Source: a virus
Taxonomy: Duplodnaviria > Caudoviricetes
DNA length: 48,589 bases
IMG/VR virus record: IMGVR_UViG_3300025389_000029
Location: 1-48,589 of that record
Strand: one strand, 5' to 3'
The position numbers and the translations under genes are program-made. Shown piece after piece: positions 33,951-44,133 of the stretch (positions are counted from its first letter, which is position 1; every line of letters starts with the position of its first letter). The notes below the pieces were generated by a model. The model saw only the letters and a list, made by a program, of their open reading frames with translations, made no database searches and had not been told where the DNA came from.

Positions 33951-36176
33951 TTAACCTACTAATAATCTACGAGTATTCCCCGCAGCATCTTTGATTGTAA
34001 TATAGCCAGCTTGAACAACTACGCCAGCAGTGTATGTGCCATAACGCACCAAACCTGTTCCTTGACCTTGCAATTGAAGGTCTACGTTAGTATCTGAGCC
34101 TTGTGAAGAAATTACAACGGGATTGCCCGTTGCGCCGCCTGTGGCTTGAATATAATTTACTGCGGAGGCTGTAGGTGCAATTGAAAACTGCGCTGCACTA
34201 TTTCCGTAAAAGAAATGGTAGCCATTGCCCTTAGCAAGATATTTAAGGTTAATGTTTGCATCACTGCCGCTAGACGTTAAAGATGGTCCATCACCTGTAA
34301 CCCCGCCATACGTTTGCAAGTAATTTACCGCCGAGGCTGCCCCAGCAACGACAAATTGCGTAGCGTTATTGACATTAAAATAATGATTGGCATTACCTTT
34401 CGTGTAATAACTAACGCCTATGTTTGCATCTGATCCTTGGGGGTAAAAAAATGGAGTGCCGCCAGTTGTGTTCCCCGATACTTGAATGTAATTTACAGCG
34501 TTGGCAGTATGGCTTATATAAAACTGAAAATTACCAGCATTGCCAGTATTAAAAATATGACCGTATGTGCCCTTGGACAAATACTGTGAATGGATGTTGG
34601 CATCTGAACCAGCAGCTTGCAAGTACGGGCTTGACCCTGTAGCGCCACCAGTGATGTTGTAATAATTCACCGCACTGGCTAAAGGCGTGACACGCAGGGA
34701 TTCTGAGCCTACTGTACCGCCAATACTTGTTACACCAGATTGATTTATTGTTAAATAGTCAGATAATGTTCCCGATCCAGTTTGAATTGCGACACTAGAC
34801 CCGTTTGGTGCATAAATCCTTCCATAATCAATGCCATCAATAGTAAAAAGCAATCCTCTAGTGGCAACCGATTGAGAACTAGGAATGCGATTCCAAAAGT
34901 AAGTGGCGGCTAATATATTAGTATTAGAACTTATACCAGCTAAACTTAGTAGCATGGTAGAACCAACCGCCAAATTACCAGCCATGTAGTTAGCACCAGC
35001 ACCACTAGCGTACAAGTTGTAGTTGCTTGCGTTAGTGAGGTTAAGCTGACCAGAAAATGTTCCAGTCGTGGCGTTGATTGTGTCGCCGCCCTCTACCTTC
35101 TGCCATGTCGATCCGTTGAATACAGCCCAATCACCCACACCCCACAGAGCTTCGCCGTTCAGGTTGGTTGTACCCGCGACAGAGACGATGTAGTAATAGC
35201 CTGCAGTACCGACGCTCGATGTCAGCGTTGGGGTGTTTGTCGATGCATTCCATGTTCCCTGATACGCAACTGCACCAGACGCGACCGTCGTGACGCTGGT
35301 GATCTGACCCTGCGCGTTGACTGTGATTTGAGGGATCGATAATGCGCTGCCATAAGTGCCTGCAGATACGCCCGTGTTGGCGATTGATATCGTACCCGTC
35401 GTGGTGATTGGCCCACCTGTGAGCCCCGTTCCAGTAGCTACCGAGGTAACTCCAGCTCCTGTATATACAGACGTCCATACGCCGTTTGCGTATCCCTCAA
35501 AGTTGCCGATCTGCGAGTTGTAGCGCAGCGTTCCATTTGCTGGCAGCGCAGGTCTTGCTGCGGTGTTGCCGACAGGAACAACCATGCCGCCAGAACCTGA
35601 TATCACTGGGTTACTTGCTATCGCGACAACAGGGTTTCCGCCTGCGCCATTACCGTTGGTGATATCAATCTGGTTTGTCGTGCCAGTCAATGTCAGTGGG
35701 CTCAATGCCGAGCCGTTTATGCTTAGCAATCCAGTGCCTGATGCGTTGGCAAGCGCGAGCGCTAAGCCAGTCAATGCAAACGTGGGATCACCTGCTATGC
35801 CGTCACCGTTCGTGACAGAAATACCATTGCCAGATACAGTTAATGTGCGCGACGTGATGACGTTCGCAGCGGTCTTGGCAACGATGCCAGTGGCAGCGGA
35901 CTCCAGTGATCCGCTCGTGCCGTTCAACCGAATGGTATACGCACCCAGCGATCCGCCGTCAGTAATGCCAATACCTGTACCAGTAGAAAAGTATCGGCTA
36001 TTTGGCAGCGTGGACTGTAGACCAACAGTCAAGAATGTCTGCGTTTGAGATGGGCTTTGCGTGATGGCAGAGACAGTCGTGCGAACCGTCAAACCATTCT
36101 GAACAATAGGTACTAGCTCATCGCCAGAGATAGCGTTGAGAGCTGGTAGTAATTCAGAGATTCTAATATCTGCCAT
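33951..36176 (-). CDS. Tail fibre / receptor-binding protein (phage B N-terminus plus shared C-terminus)
   Basis: 741 aa: MAD.RISELL start, P.G.TA.RP....G.LRYN....FEGY..G.W module, four C-terminal AVNY...GSD.N repeats. Confidence 0.8.
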   Translation of the reverse strand: MADIRISELLPALNAISGDELVPIVQNGLTVRTTVSAITQSPSQTQTFLTVGLQSTLPNSRYFSTGTGIGITDGGSLGAYTIRLNGTSGSLESAATGIVAKTAANVITSRTLTVSGNGISVTNGDGIAGDPTFALTGLALALANASGTGLLSINGSALSPLTLTGTTNQIDITNGNGAGGNPVVAIASNPVISGSGGMVVPVGNTAARPALPANGTLRYNSQIGNFEGYANGVWTSVYTGAGVTSVATGTGLTGGPITTTGTISIANTGVSAGTYGSALSIPQITVNAQGQITSVTTVASGAVAYQGTWNASTNTPTLTSSVGTAGYYYIVSVAGTTNLNGEALWGVGDWAVFNGSTWQKVEGGDTINATTGTFSGQLNLTNASNYNLYASGAGANYMAGNLAVGSTMLLSLAGISSNTNILAATYFWNRIPSSQSVATRGLLFTIDGIDYGRIYAPNGSSVAIQTGSGTLSDYLTINQSGVTSIGGTVGSESLRVTPLASAVNYYNITGGATGSSPYLQAAGSDANIHSQYLSKGTYGHIFNTGNAGNFQFYISHTANAVNYIQVSGNTTGGTPFFYPQGSDANIGVSYYTKGNANHYFNVNNATQFVVAGAASAVNYLQTYGGVTGDGPSLTSSGSDANINLKYLAKGNGYHFFYGNSAAQFSIAPTASAVNYIQATGGATGNPVVISSQGSDTNVDLQLQGQGTGLVRYGTYTAGVVVQAGYITIKDAAGNTRRLLVG
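34826..35048 (+). repeat. Direct repeat copy 2 (tail-fibre internal segment)
   Basis: Aligned base by base with 1-223 at an offset of 34825. Confidence 0.97.
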
Positions 36177-36177
36177 G

Positions 36178-36507
36178 TCAAGGACTCAAGTTGTTGAGGT
36201 TGCCATTATTTGGCGTATTACCTTGCTCAGGAGATATTGGGCTATTTCCTATTGTCTCTGTGATTATTGCATCGTGATTCTCAGCAACGCTCAAATCTGG
36301 GCGAGGGAATCTGATCGATATTTTTTCTGGCTGTCTTGGCGGCAACCGATACGGATCGAACTGGTCAGAGCAACTTTCACTGCATACTTTAAGCGCCGGA
36401 ATGTTGCCATCAGGACGCATATCAGAATATGCACGCTTCATTTTACACCGATCGCAGATGAAAATGCTAAGCGTACTATTCCCTAGTGTGTCCAGAAATC
36501 TAGCCAT
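36178..36507 (-). CDS. Cys-containing tail-associated protein
   Basis: ICDRC...VCSESC.D..DPYRLP....I..RFPRPD. Confidence 0.7.
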   Translation of the reverse strand: MARFLDTLGNSTLSIFICDRCKMKRAYSDMRPDGNIPALKVCSESCSDQFDPYRLPPRQPEKISIRFPRPDLSVAENHDAIITETIGNSPISPEQGNTPNNGNLNNLSP

Positions 36508-37063
36508 ACATCACCCGATTGCTTTTAATTGCATTTTCCTTGGAAGGCAATATTTGCAAATTCCAAGGCACATGCAATCCAGACACAAGTTTACCTCGCA
36601 AAGGAATAATATGGTCAACTTCATACCATTCGCCAATCAATTTTGATAACGCACGCGCTTCAGCATACACATTCTCAATTTGTGTGCTGTGCGCATCAGA
36701 CAACCATGCTGGTGTTCTCATCAAGCGAGATGCACGCCGTTTTGCCTGTTTGGCAGCAATTTTGTCTGGATTATTTTTTATGTACTCACGCTCACGAGCA
36801 CGAATTTCGTCACGATGCGTATCTCTATATCTACGCAAGATGGAGGCAAATTTTTGTGGATTTTTTGACCGCCATATTTTGATTGTAGAAAAAATGGCAT
36901 CAGAATTCTTGGAACGGTAAGCCGAATCATCCATTTGCTTGCATGCAACGCAATTGCGGCTAGAGACCATCCTCTCAGCAAAATGACCGCGAGCGCATGG
37001 TTTGCCAGTAAAGTATCTAGTCAATGCTTGCGCCTTAGCATCCGCATGAGAAAGAATGTTCAC
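36500..37063 (-). CDS. HNH endonuclease with N-terminal zinc finger
   Basis: YFTGKPC..GH...R....C..C, RTP.W, EVDHIIPL.G..VSGLHVPWNLQ.L...EN..KSN. Confidence 0.88.
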   Translation of the reverse strand: MNILSHADAKAQALTRYFTGKPCARGHFAERMVSSRNCVACKQMDDSAYRSKNSDAIFSTIKIWRSKNPQKFASILRRYRDTHRDEIRAREREYIKNNPDKIAAKQAKRRASRLMRTPAWLSDAHSTQIENVYAEARALSKLIGEWYEVDHIIPLRGKLVSGLHVPWNLQILPSKENAIKSNRVMYG

Positions 37064-37065
37064 GA

Positions 37066-38136
37066 TTACCTCGTGTAATAAGAAATGTTGCTTGCGAAGT
37101 AGATAGGCGACTTATCGCGCTCTTCTGCTTCAGCCAGCGCAAAATGCTTTTCCCATTGCTGCTCAAGGTATGTAATGCGAGCAGCGTCGACACCGGGCAA
37201 CTCCATCGACATCTGATGAGCCAAACCGTTCTGGATCGCCAAGTACCAGCGTTGAGGAATCTCGAGCTGACCACTTAGTTGACCAACGTCCTGAATGTAA
37301 CGGCTGATCCACACTTCAAGTTGAGGCTGGATACTGTTCGGGACGGGCCACAGCTTCATGTTCGGCTGGTTAATCGTGCGATCAAACCAAAACTGAAGCG
37401 GTCTGTACGCCGTGAACGAGCGATTAGGCAGGTTGGAGTAATCATCACGGTTCATGCGTGCCATCGGGATCGCCATTGGGCTTGTGCCGAACACTACTTG
37501 ATAGAAACCCATGTTGATACCAGCGCTCTGCTTAATACGCCAGAGTGGAGCTGTTACCGATGGGTCAAGCTCGTAATAAATCCATGTGTTTGCTGTCCAC
37601 GTCACAGCGCCCGGTGATTTCACCGACACCCATGTCGCGCCATCAAATGAATACTGCAGATCGACCGTCACAGAACCAGTCACAGCAGGCAAAATGCCAA
37701 TCGTGGTGATATAGACAGGGTTATTTGTGCCGTTTGTAATGCCGATTGCGCCCGTATTGGTCGTCAATTGGCATATGGAGTTACCTACCCCGTCAAATGC
37801 GTTAGCAGTATCGCCAGAGGTGCTGTAATAGCCTGTATTGATGGCTGTGAGCGTGCGAAAGTTGGCATTCAGAATGTCATTTGAGCCAACAGGCAAATAA
37901 TATTGATATTGATCTGGCTGCAGACCGATGATCGTGCGCTCAATACACCAGTAATTGATGCCGTAATTGGTCAGCGACGACAGCAGATAGAACAGGCTGT
38001 CCTTCGCAGCCGAGACTTGCTCGACCGTCAGCTCTTCCGCGAGCTTACCTGCGCGACGAGCACCATGATCGATCAACTGCTGAACGGAGATTACTGTTTG
38101 TCCTACCGTTCCAGAAGTATTCAAGCCTGTCGTCAT
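37066..38136 (-). CDS. Head-tail adaptor / tail tubular protein of phage B
   Basis: 356 aa with N.GIN.W, R.DY.NLPN....RP.QFW.DR, LWPVP, P.RW..AI..GLA. Confidence 0.65.
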   Translation of the reverse strand: MTTGLNTSGTVGQTVISVQQLIDHGARRAGKLAEELTVEQVSAAKDSLFYLLSSLTNYGINYWCIERTIIGLQPDQYQYYLPVGSNDILNANFRTLTAINTGYYSTSGDTANAFDGVGNSICQLTTNTGAIGITNGTNNPVYITTIGILPAVTGSVTVDLQYSFDGATWVSVKSPGAVTWTANTWIYYELDPSVTAPLWRIKQSAGINMGFYQVVFGTSPMAIPMARMNRDDYSNLPNRSFTAYRPLQFWFDRTINQPNMKLWPVPNSIQPQLEVWISRYIQDVGQLSGQLEIPQRWYLAIQNGLAHQMSMELPGVDAARITYLEQQWEKHFALAEAEERDKSPIYFASNISYYTR

Positions 38137-38661
38137 TTACCACCCCGGGCATTTCCATCGTTTCAGTGAGGCTTTTGCACGAGGTGCATCGCCACTTGCG
38201 TTCTTGACTACGCCGCTCATCCTTGCACAGAATGAATCCTTACGCTTGCCGCCCTGTGGTTGCGGCGCTTTCAGGTGGCTTCCTGTTTTAGCATTATATG
38301 CCTTCCGACCAGCTTCTGTCATCCCAGCGCCTTGCTTTGTCGAGAGCTTTTCACCGCGACCAACAGCGAGTGACACGCCGCCTTTCTTCATTTTCACAGT
38401 CTTTGCAGACTCTTTGAATGCTGCAGCGGTTGGCGCACCTTTGCTTCCTGCCTTGCGCATATGCTCACCAGAGCCATGCTTAATGCGCTCCTGCTTGGCG
38501 TGGATGTTGGCATAAAGCCCACCTTCCTTAAACTTCTCGCCAGTGTCAGCAGATGCAAACTCCTTGCCCACCTTTTGAGGGATGCCCACTTTCTTGGCAA
38601 AAGCCTTGGAGTGAGCAACCCCCTCCATCAATCGATGTTGAGAAGGGGATTTGCTTGGCAT
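38137..38661 (-). CDS. Highly basic multi-module protein
   Basis: MPSKS..Q.RLM, GLYANIHAK..RI and R..SFCARM....SL.RW.C modules separated by xxGG linkers. Confidence 0.7.
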   Translation of the reverse strand: MPSKSPSQHRLMEGVAHSKAFAKKVGIPQKVGKEFASADTGEKFKEGGLYANIHAKQERIKHGSGEHMRKAGSKGAPTAAAFKESAKTVKMKKGGVSLAVGRGEKLSTKQGAGMTEAGRKAYNAKTGSHLKAPQPQGGKRKDSFCARMSGVVKNASGDAPRAKASLKRWKCPGW

Positions 38662-38662
38662 G

Positions 38663-41317
38663 TTAAGCCTGCGACTCTTGCCAGCTCAGACGAGCCAGAA
38701 TGGTTGAGTTACCACCGCTGACGTTGTTGGCAACGACGTACAGCACATCAGGGCCGTCTGGGAACTGACCGACGTTACTCGTAGGCACAGTGTTGTTCAA
38801 TCCGCCACCCAAGATCGCGTTACCGATACCAGAAATTGCGGTCAAGTCCAGTGTAGTCTGACCAGTGCTATTTGTGAACGCAGCACCGATTGATTCGCCA
38901 CCCGTGAATGTTGCAGCAGTGTTTGTCTGCGTTGCAATTTGAACGATTGAGCTTGTCACAGTGTTGTTCTGTGTTGGCGACTGGAACGAACCCCATGTAG
39001 GTGTACCAGTTGTGTAACCGTTCAGAATCAACTGAATCAGGAACGTGCCAGTAGTCACCACGCCAAGTTCGCGCAATTGCAACTGGAGGCGGTTGATGAC
39101 TTCCTTGTTGCCCAAAATGCCGACCTGACCGTTATCCACCGAAGGAGCAAGTCGAATTGCCAGAATTGGCACGGCAGTACCGTTTGCAACTGTCACAGCA
39201 GACTGTGTACCGTAGTTATAAATCAACGATACGTCGTTGCTGAATCCACCGTCCATAACTACTGACGAACCCCAGTGCGAGATTACCGCGACTGAATCTG
39301 GTGGAGCATATTCAACAGAAACGGGAGGGATGGCGTTTGTCGATGGGAATACTGCAGTGAATGCAGATGCCGCTCCGCCGCCTGTCACGCCGCGAGTCAC
39401 GCCAGTGAACTGGTCGTAAGCCAAGCCTGATTGAGCTGCAGTCGTAATTCCAGAGTATGTTGCATATTCAACCGCACCACCGTTTGCTGCGGCTGTGAGC
39501 TTGATCGTTCCACCTGCTGGGTTAAACCCTGCTGCACTCACTACTGGGATGGTTGTAGCACCGCTTGTAATCGTTGAGTACAGTGATGTGATTGAAGCCT
39601 GACCGCTCGACTCATAGCGCGATGGTAGGTTACCAGAGCGCATGTAGGCGTTGTATTGAATGTTGTTGCTCTGGAATGAATACACATATGCAATAGCGCC
39701 TTGCGTCGTGCGCAAACCGAAGCGTGCAACACCAGCACCGTACCACGAGTAGTCGATGAACCACATCTGGTTTTTGGTGAGGTCGAGGTTGTAGCCAGAA
39801 GGCCCTGTCCCGTCGAGCGGGTCATACCATTGCGATTGTGGCACTCGCGTGTCGATTGTCTTTGATACCAGCGCGTTCGCAATTGTCTGACCGCGATACT
39901 CTGGGCTGATGTACAAAGATGTATCGCTTGCAATGCTCAGCACGCGATATGACTGACCACGGATCACGATGTAATCGCCGGGGGCGAGCTGGTTCGTGAA
40001 CACCGTACCAGTACCAGTAACCGCACCGCTACCTTGCGTGACAGACACAGTGCCGCTCAACTGGTTGATCGAGTTGCGCCATACCGCATAAAGCGTCTGA
40101 CCATCAAACTGGAAAAACAAACCGTTCTGCGAATCAAAGAATCCGATCTTGTTGCTCGAGCCATACCATGAGTATGGGCTCACGGTGACAGGTAATCCAA
40201 TCGACGTAAGTGCTGGGCTGGCAGTCGGGACAATAGTGTTTGCAGTGACATATGTCAGCGTTGTGGCTGACGGTACTGTGGCAATCTTAAAGATGCCGTT
40301 GTATGCAGGAACAACTGCATCGCTTACTTTGATGTAAGACCCTACCGTCATGTTGTGCGCCCAGCGGGTCGTCACAGTGACAGTGGTGTTAGATAAGTTG
40401 TTAGTGACTGACGAAACAAACAAGCGTGGTTTCAGGATCGAGCCTGTCGAAAACTGAATACCTTTACCTGATTGATAGCGGAAGTAACGACGTGTCTGAC
40501 GAACCATCAATTGGTTTGGTACAGCAGCGCCAGCAGTGAAGTTTACCGAACCGTCATAGGCGCGGGTCTCAACATATCCAGAAGGACGCGCATAGACGTT
40601 GTTTTGTGCATTGGCGGTCGTTGTGACTGTACCTGATGCGCCTGTTGTAGCGATAGTGAATTGATTAGCGGTTGGAACAGTTGCAACAACCCAAGCACCA
40701 TTGACACCTGTGCCGCCTGTCGTGTTTGCAATATACACATACGATCCAGCAGACAAGCCGTGAGGCGCGACCGTGTTAACCGTGATTGCTGTACCGCTAG
40801 TCGTGATGGCGGTGGTGCTTGCAGTTGCTACAGCGATACCAGCGTTGGTGAAGAAGAAACCGGGGTACACATAAGTCGCTGTGGCATTGTATTGGTTGCC
40901 TGATGCGACTACGCTTGTGGTGACAATCGTAAACGATGTGCCGCCTGTCGACGCTGTGACATACCACCAGCCGTTGGCGTTGGTGTCCAGAGCGTCTTCA
41001 ATAAAAACAGGAGTTCCGACTGCCACGGTTGCCGTGGTGGAAACTACAACTGTTGTTGTGCCGTTACCCGTAATTGCGGTGACAGGCACAGGACTTGTCT
41101 GAAAGTAGTAGCAGCTCTGGCGGTTGTTCTGGAGCGACAATTGCTCCCACTTGCTTGGCTGCTGACCGTATTCAAAGTCAGTATCAATCAGTGATTGAGG
41201 GGTTGAAACGCGCAACTTATCAACAGGATCGTATGCAGCAGACCGTTGCGAGGTCTGAATGCGCATCTGGTTATCCGTGTTGGAGGTTGGCCCTGTGTAG
41301 GAAACGATTTGACCCAT
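38663..41317 (-). CDS. Large virion structural protein with repeated beta modules
   Basis: 884 aa; KLRVS.PQSLIDTDFEYG.Q..KWE N-terminus; repeated T...H....G..V......NG...V..V.....F modules; ends W.E.QA. Confidence 0.65.
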   Translation of the reverse strand: MGQIVSYTGPTSNTDNQMRIQTSQRSAAYDPVDKLRVSTPQSLIDTDFEYGQQPSKWEQLSLQNNRQSCYYFQTSPVPVTAITGNGTTTVVVSTTATVAVGTPVFIEDALDTNANGWWYVTASTGGTSFTIVTTSVVASGNQYNATATYVYPGFFFTNAGIAVATASTTAITTSGTAITVNTVAPHGLSAGSYVYIANTTGGTGVNGAWVVATVPTANQFTIATTGASGTVTTTANAQNNVYARPSGYVETRAYDGSVNFTAGAAVPNQLMVRQTRRYFRYQSGKGIQFSTGSILKPRLFVSSVTNNLSNTTVTVTTRWAHNMTVGSYIKVSDAVVPAYNGIFKIATVPSATTLTYVTANTIVPTASPALTSIGLPVTVSPYSWYGSSNKIGFFDSQNGLFFQFDGQTLYAVWRNSINQLSGTVSVTQGSGAVTGTGTVFTNQLAPGDYIVIRGQSYRVLSIASDTSLYISPEYRGQTIANALVSKTIDTRVPQSQWYDPLDGTGPSGYNLDLTKNQMWFIDYSWYGAGVARFGLRTTQGAIAYVYSFQSNNIQYNAYMRSGNLPSRYESSGQASITSLYSTITSGATTIPVVSAAGFNPAGGTIKLTAAANGGAVEYATYSGITTAAQSGLAYDQFTGVTRGVTGGGAASAFTAVFPSTNAIPPVSVEYAPPDSVAVISHWGSSVVMDGGFSNDVSLIYNYGTQSAVTVANGTAVPILAIRLAPSVDNGQVGILGNKEVINRLQLQLRELGVVTTGTFLIQLILNGYTTGTPTWGSFQSPTQNNTVTSSIVQIATQTNTAATFTGGESIGAAFTNSTGQTTLDLTAISGIGNAILGGGLNNTVPTSNVGQFPDGPDVLYVVANNVSGGNSTILARLSWQESQA

Positions 41318-41347
41318 GTCTCACCTATTGAATTCGAGAATTTTCGC

Positions 41348-41372
41348 AAAACAGGGGGCGATTACACCCCCC
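41348..41372 (-). terminator. Rho-independent terminator
   Basis: Minus strand GGGGGTG-TAAT-CGCCCCC-TGTTTT directly after the 41381 stop. Confidence 0.7.
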
Positions 41373-41380
41373 GCTTGACT

Positions 41381-42154
41381 TTACCAGCTACCGCCTTTCT
41401 TACCAGCTTTGAAGCCGTCACCACCCTTGCAAGCCATCGCAACATGACCGCCAGTCTTGTAACCAGCAGGAGCTTGTTTGATGCTTTTTGTGCCGAAGGG
41501 TTTGGTAGGCATTTTGCCGTTGCCATGCATCATCGTATTTTCATACTTTGCTACAGAGCCACCCTTTGCATAACCGCGACCTTCGAGCTTGCCAGTCTTG
41601 GTATTGAAACCCTTAACTTGCTTGGCTTCTACGACTTTGGTGTTTGCATACTTTGCAATTTTTCCACCACTCTTGTAGCCGACGCCTTCAATGCCACCCG
41701 TCACGCGCTTGGGGTTTGCGCGAGTAGCTTCAATGCCGCCGAGAAGACCACCGGGAACATCGTTCTCAACCTTGCCGCCAACTCTCAAACCCTTGTGAGC
41801 TTTGCTTGCTGGCTTGCCTTCGTGAGATTTCAGTTCTTTCTTGATGCCTTTGATCTCGCGCTCTTCTTTGGCTTCCATTGATTTGCTCTCGACTTCGCCG
41901 CCTTTCTTGCGTGCCATAGCTTGAGCAGGCATGCCCGGTGCTGGACGCACTGGAGCACGCGATGCCATCATTGAAGCGCCACGAGGACGTGCAGCCGCCA
42001 AGCGTGCAGCCAGCTCAGGAGCAGCGCCCATTGCTGGAGCAGCCGATGGCAATGCGCCACCGATTGCTTTCTTGGCAACACCACCTTTTTTCAGTTTGAG
42101 TTCAACTGAAGGCTCGGTGGTTTCCATCTTTGGCATTGGTTTAAATTGACCCAT
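41381..42154 (-). CDS. Basic Lys/Gly-rich protein with many xxGG motifs (candidate core protein)
   Basis: 257 aa with LKKGG, RKKGG, LRVGG, YKSGG, YAKGG, YKTGG; AGGAG RBS. Confidence 0.7.
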   Translation of the reverse strand: MGQFKPMPKMETTEPSVELKLKKGGVAKKAIGGALPSAAPAMGAAPELAARLAAARPRGASMMASRAPVRPAPGMPAQAMARKKGGEVESKSMEAKEEREIKGIKKELKSHEGKPASKAHKGLRVGGKVENDVPGGLLGGIEATRANPKRVTGGIEGVGYKSGGKIAKYANTKVVEAKQVKGFNTKTGKLEGRGYAKGGSVAKYENTMMHGNGKMPTKPFGTKSIKQAPAGYKTGGHVAMACKGGDGFKAGKKGGSW

Positions 42155-42167
42155 GACGAGCTCCTAA

Positions 42168-43139
42168 TTAGGCTTGTGTGACGCCAAGAGCGCCAGTGCG
42201 GGTTGCATTTGGGCCAATCGCAATCGCTGGCAACATGATGCCAACAACAAGGCGCTTGATACCGTCAGGTGCGCTAGATGGGCTGAATGTGCCGCGAACG
42301 TCGCCTGTGGTAGTGGTAGCGGTAGTTTGCACAGCAGCAGCGAATGTACCGCTGTCGATTGCAAAACCGTTGTTCCAACCAACGTGGCAGATGTAAGCGC
42401 CATCATTCACGCGAACTGGAAAACCCAGCAACTGAGTTGTGCCGACCGTGACAGCGGTTGTCGAAGCGCCTGCACCAGAAATTGAAGTGATCTGGTAGAA
42501 CGCTTTTTTACCGTTTGTCGTGGCTGCAGCAACCGACGTGATTACTTCGCTCATAGCCTGACCATAGTAGTCAAAGCCAGTGATCGTGTAAGCGCGTGCT
42601 GTACCGCCAGTGACCAGCGAGACTGAAACTACGCGTGGGCAATCAAGCTGAATGACAGTAGTTCCATCAGCGCGGACAACAGATTTTGTTCCTGCGCCTG
42701 CTGTCAGGGTCAGGTTACCTGCGGCTGCAGGAGTCTGAGTTGCGGCGATGTTTGATGTCGACGAAGTTTGTGGCACGACGTCCCAGACGTAGATGCGACC
42801 AAGAGGACCAACACCCAAGTCCATTGGAGCTGGATCACCAAGGTAAGCGTTACCAGAAGCAGTAATGGTGATAGCACCAGTTGCCGAGGATGATGCGCTT
42901 ACAGTGTATGTACCAACACCGCCAGTACCTGTACCGAATGCAGTGATATACGAGCCTGCGGTTACGCCAGTACCTGAAACGTATTGACCGAGCACGATAG
43001 GATCGCCAGACAGCATTGCTGTGACGGTCATTGTGGTTGTTGTGATCGAACCTGCGAACGTGGCAGTAATCGATGATGGCGCAATACCCATAAAGGTTTG
43101 CGCGTTACCTAAGAATAGGTCGTCTGAAAATTGAGGCAT
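42168..43139 (-). CDS. Putative virion structural/decoration protein
   Basis: 323 aa Thr/Ala/Gly-rich, directly after the major capsid gene. Confidence 0.65.
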   Translation of the reverse strand: MPQFSDDLFLGNAQTFMGIAPSSITATFAGSITTTTMTVTAMLSGDPIVLGQYVSGTGVTAGSYITAFGTGTGGVGTYTVSASSSATGAITITASGNAYLGDPAPMDLGVGPLGRIYVWDVVPQTSSTSNIAATQTPAAAGNLTLTAGAGTKSVVRADGTTVIQLDCPRVVSVSLVTGGTARAYTITGFDYYGQAMSEVITSVAAATTNGKKAFYQITSISGAGASTTAVTVGTTQLLGFPVRVNDGAYICHVGWNNGFAIDSGTFAAAVQTTATTTTGDVRGTFSPSSAPDGIKRLVVGIMLPAIAIGPNATRTGALGVTQA

Positions 43140-43170
43140 GTCGTCTGCTCCATGAAAAGTATGACGAATT

Positions 43171-43198
43171 AAAAAAGGGGGTAGGTTTCCCCACCCCC
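43171..43198 (-). terminator. Rho-independent terminator after major capsid gene
   Basis: Minus strand GGGGGTGGG-GAAA-CCTACCCCC-TTTTTT. Confidence 0.85.
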
Positions 43199-43204
43199 GT
43201 TTGC

Positions 43205-44119
43205 TTACACTCCGGGCGTACCGAACATGGCGCGTGGATCAGTCCACGACAACCAGTAACGCTCAGTTGCTTTGTAGCGCATCGAGTCTGTCTCGAAGTC
43301 GCCTTCCATAGTCTTCTCGAGACCACGGCGCATCATCAACTTCATGCCTTCTGGTGCGTCGGTTTGTACCCACCAGTTGGTTGCTGAAGTCAAACGGCTT
43401 ATAACAGCAGCGCCTTCAGGCATCAGACCAATCGACTTGACTGGGTTGATGTCGTTGTTGGCAGTGCCAGTACGCAGAACCGATTTCAGCAGAACTTCGG
43501 CTTGGAACACGTTACCGGGGGCAACGACCAGCTTCAGTGGCTGAAGACGAATCTTCTTACCGTTGTTATCCACAGCCGAACGAACCTGAATCAACATTTG
43601 CTCAAGCGATGTCTGCGAAAGGTTCGCAGCAGTAGCCAGCAAGTTGCTGAATGTGCCGTTGACGATTGGATGGTTTGATGCGCTCAACTGTACGCCGTCA
43701 CCGCCCGTGTAGGAACTGTTGAATGCGTTGTTGAGGACGTTTGCTGCCAGCGTCTCTTTGGTCTCAACCAGTGACTGAGCCAAGTGCTTTGCATAAACCT
43801 GACCGATACGAATGTGATCGCCGTCTTCGACCAGAACTTTCGTCAGAGCGAAAGCCAGACCGTAGACCTTGTACACATAGCGCTGCAGGAACAGAACGCC
43901 GCCCTGCTGATACGATACAGGAGTACCGTCAGGCAGTTCAGGTGCTGCGCCGAAGCCGTACAGTACGGGTTCTTCGTGGTAGTTACGGGGAATGCCCATC
44001 TGCTCACGGAAAACCTGTGACCATTCATCTGAGCGCAGATCATAGACTCCGTCGAAACATTCATTGAGAATTGGCTCAACGATGCTTCGGAAGTCGGTAC
44101 TTCTCATTGGAGCTGCCAT
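43205..44119 (-). CDS. Major capsid protein of phage B
   Basis: 304 aa with EE....GFG.AP...G....Y, ETKE..AANVLN.AF, GGDG..L....HP, LS..SLE, P.KL.V.P, DFET...RYKA.ERY..W.DPR; followed by a terminator. Confidence 0.88.
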   Translation of the reverse strand: MAAPMRSTDFRSIVEPILNECFDGVYDLRSDEWSQVFREQMGIPRNYHEEPVLYGFGAAPELPDGTPVSYQQGGVLFLQRYVYKVYGLAFALTKVLVEDGDHIRIGQVYAKHLAQSLVETKETLAANVLNNAFNSSYTGGDGVQLSASNHPIVNGTFSNLLATAANLSQTSLEQMLIQVRSAVDNNGKKIRLQPLKLVVAPGNVFQAEVLLKSVLRTGTANNDINPVKSIGLMPEGAAVISRLTSATNWWVQTDAPEGMKLMMRRGLEKTMEGDFETDSMRYKATERYWLSWTDPRAMFGTPGV

Positions 44120-44133
44120 TTTGTCATCTCCCC

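Larger units (their letters stand above)
1..34825. mobile_element. Phage A: apparently complete circular podovirus-like genome (34,825 bp)
   Basis: Position 1 equals position 34826 (direct repeat). Joining 34825 to 1 restores an in-frame fibre gene. It has one set of terminase, portal, capsid, tail, lysis and recombination genes. Confidence 0.85.

Noticed and set aside
34826-35048. Invertible fibre-switching (shufflon or Gin/Cin) system, or att site
   Set aside because: The repeats are direct, not inverted, and no serine or tyrosine recombinase is recognisable.
1-35048. Terminal direct repeats of a single linear genome
   Set aside because: The second copy is internal, lies inside a fibre gene and is followed by 13.5 kb of a different phage.
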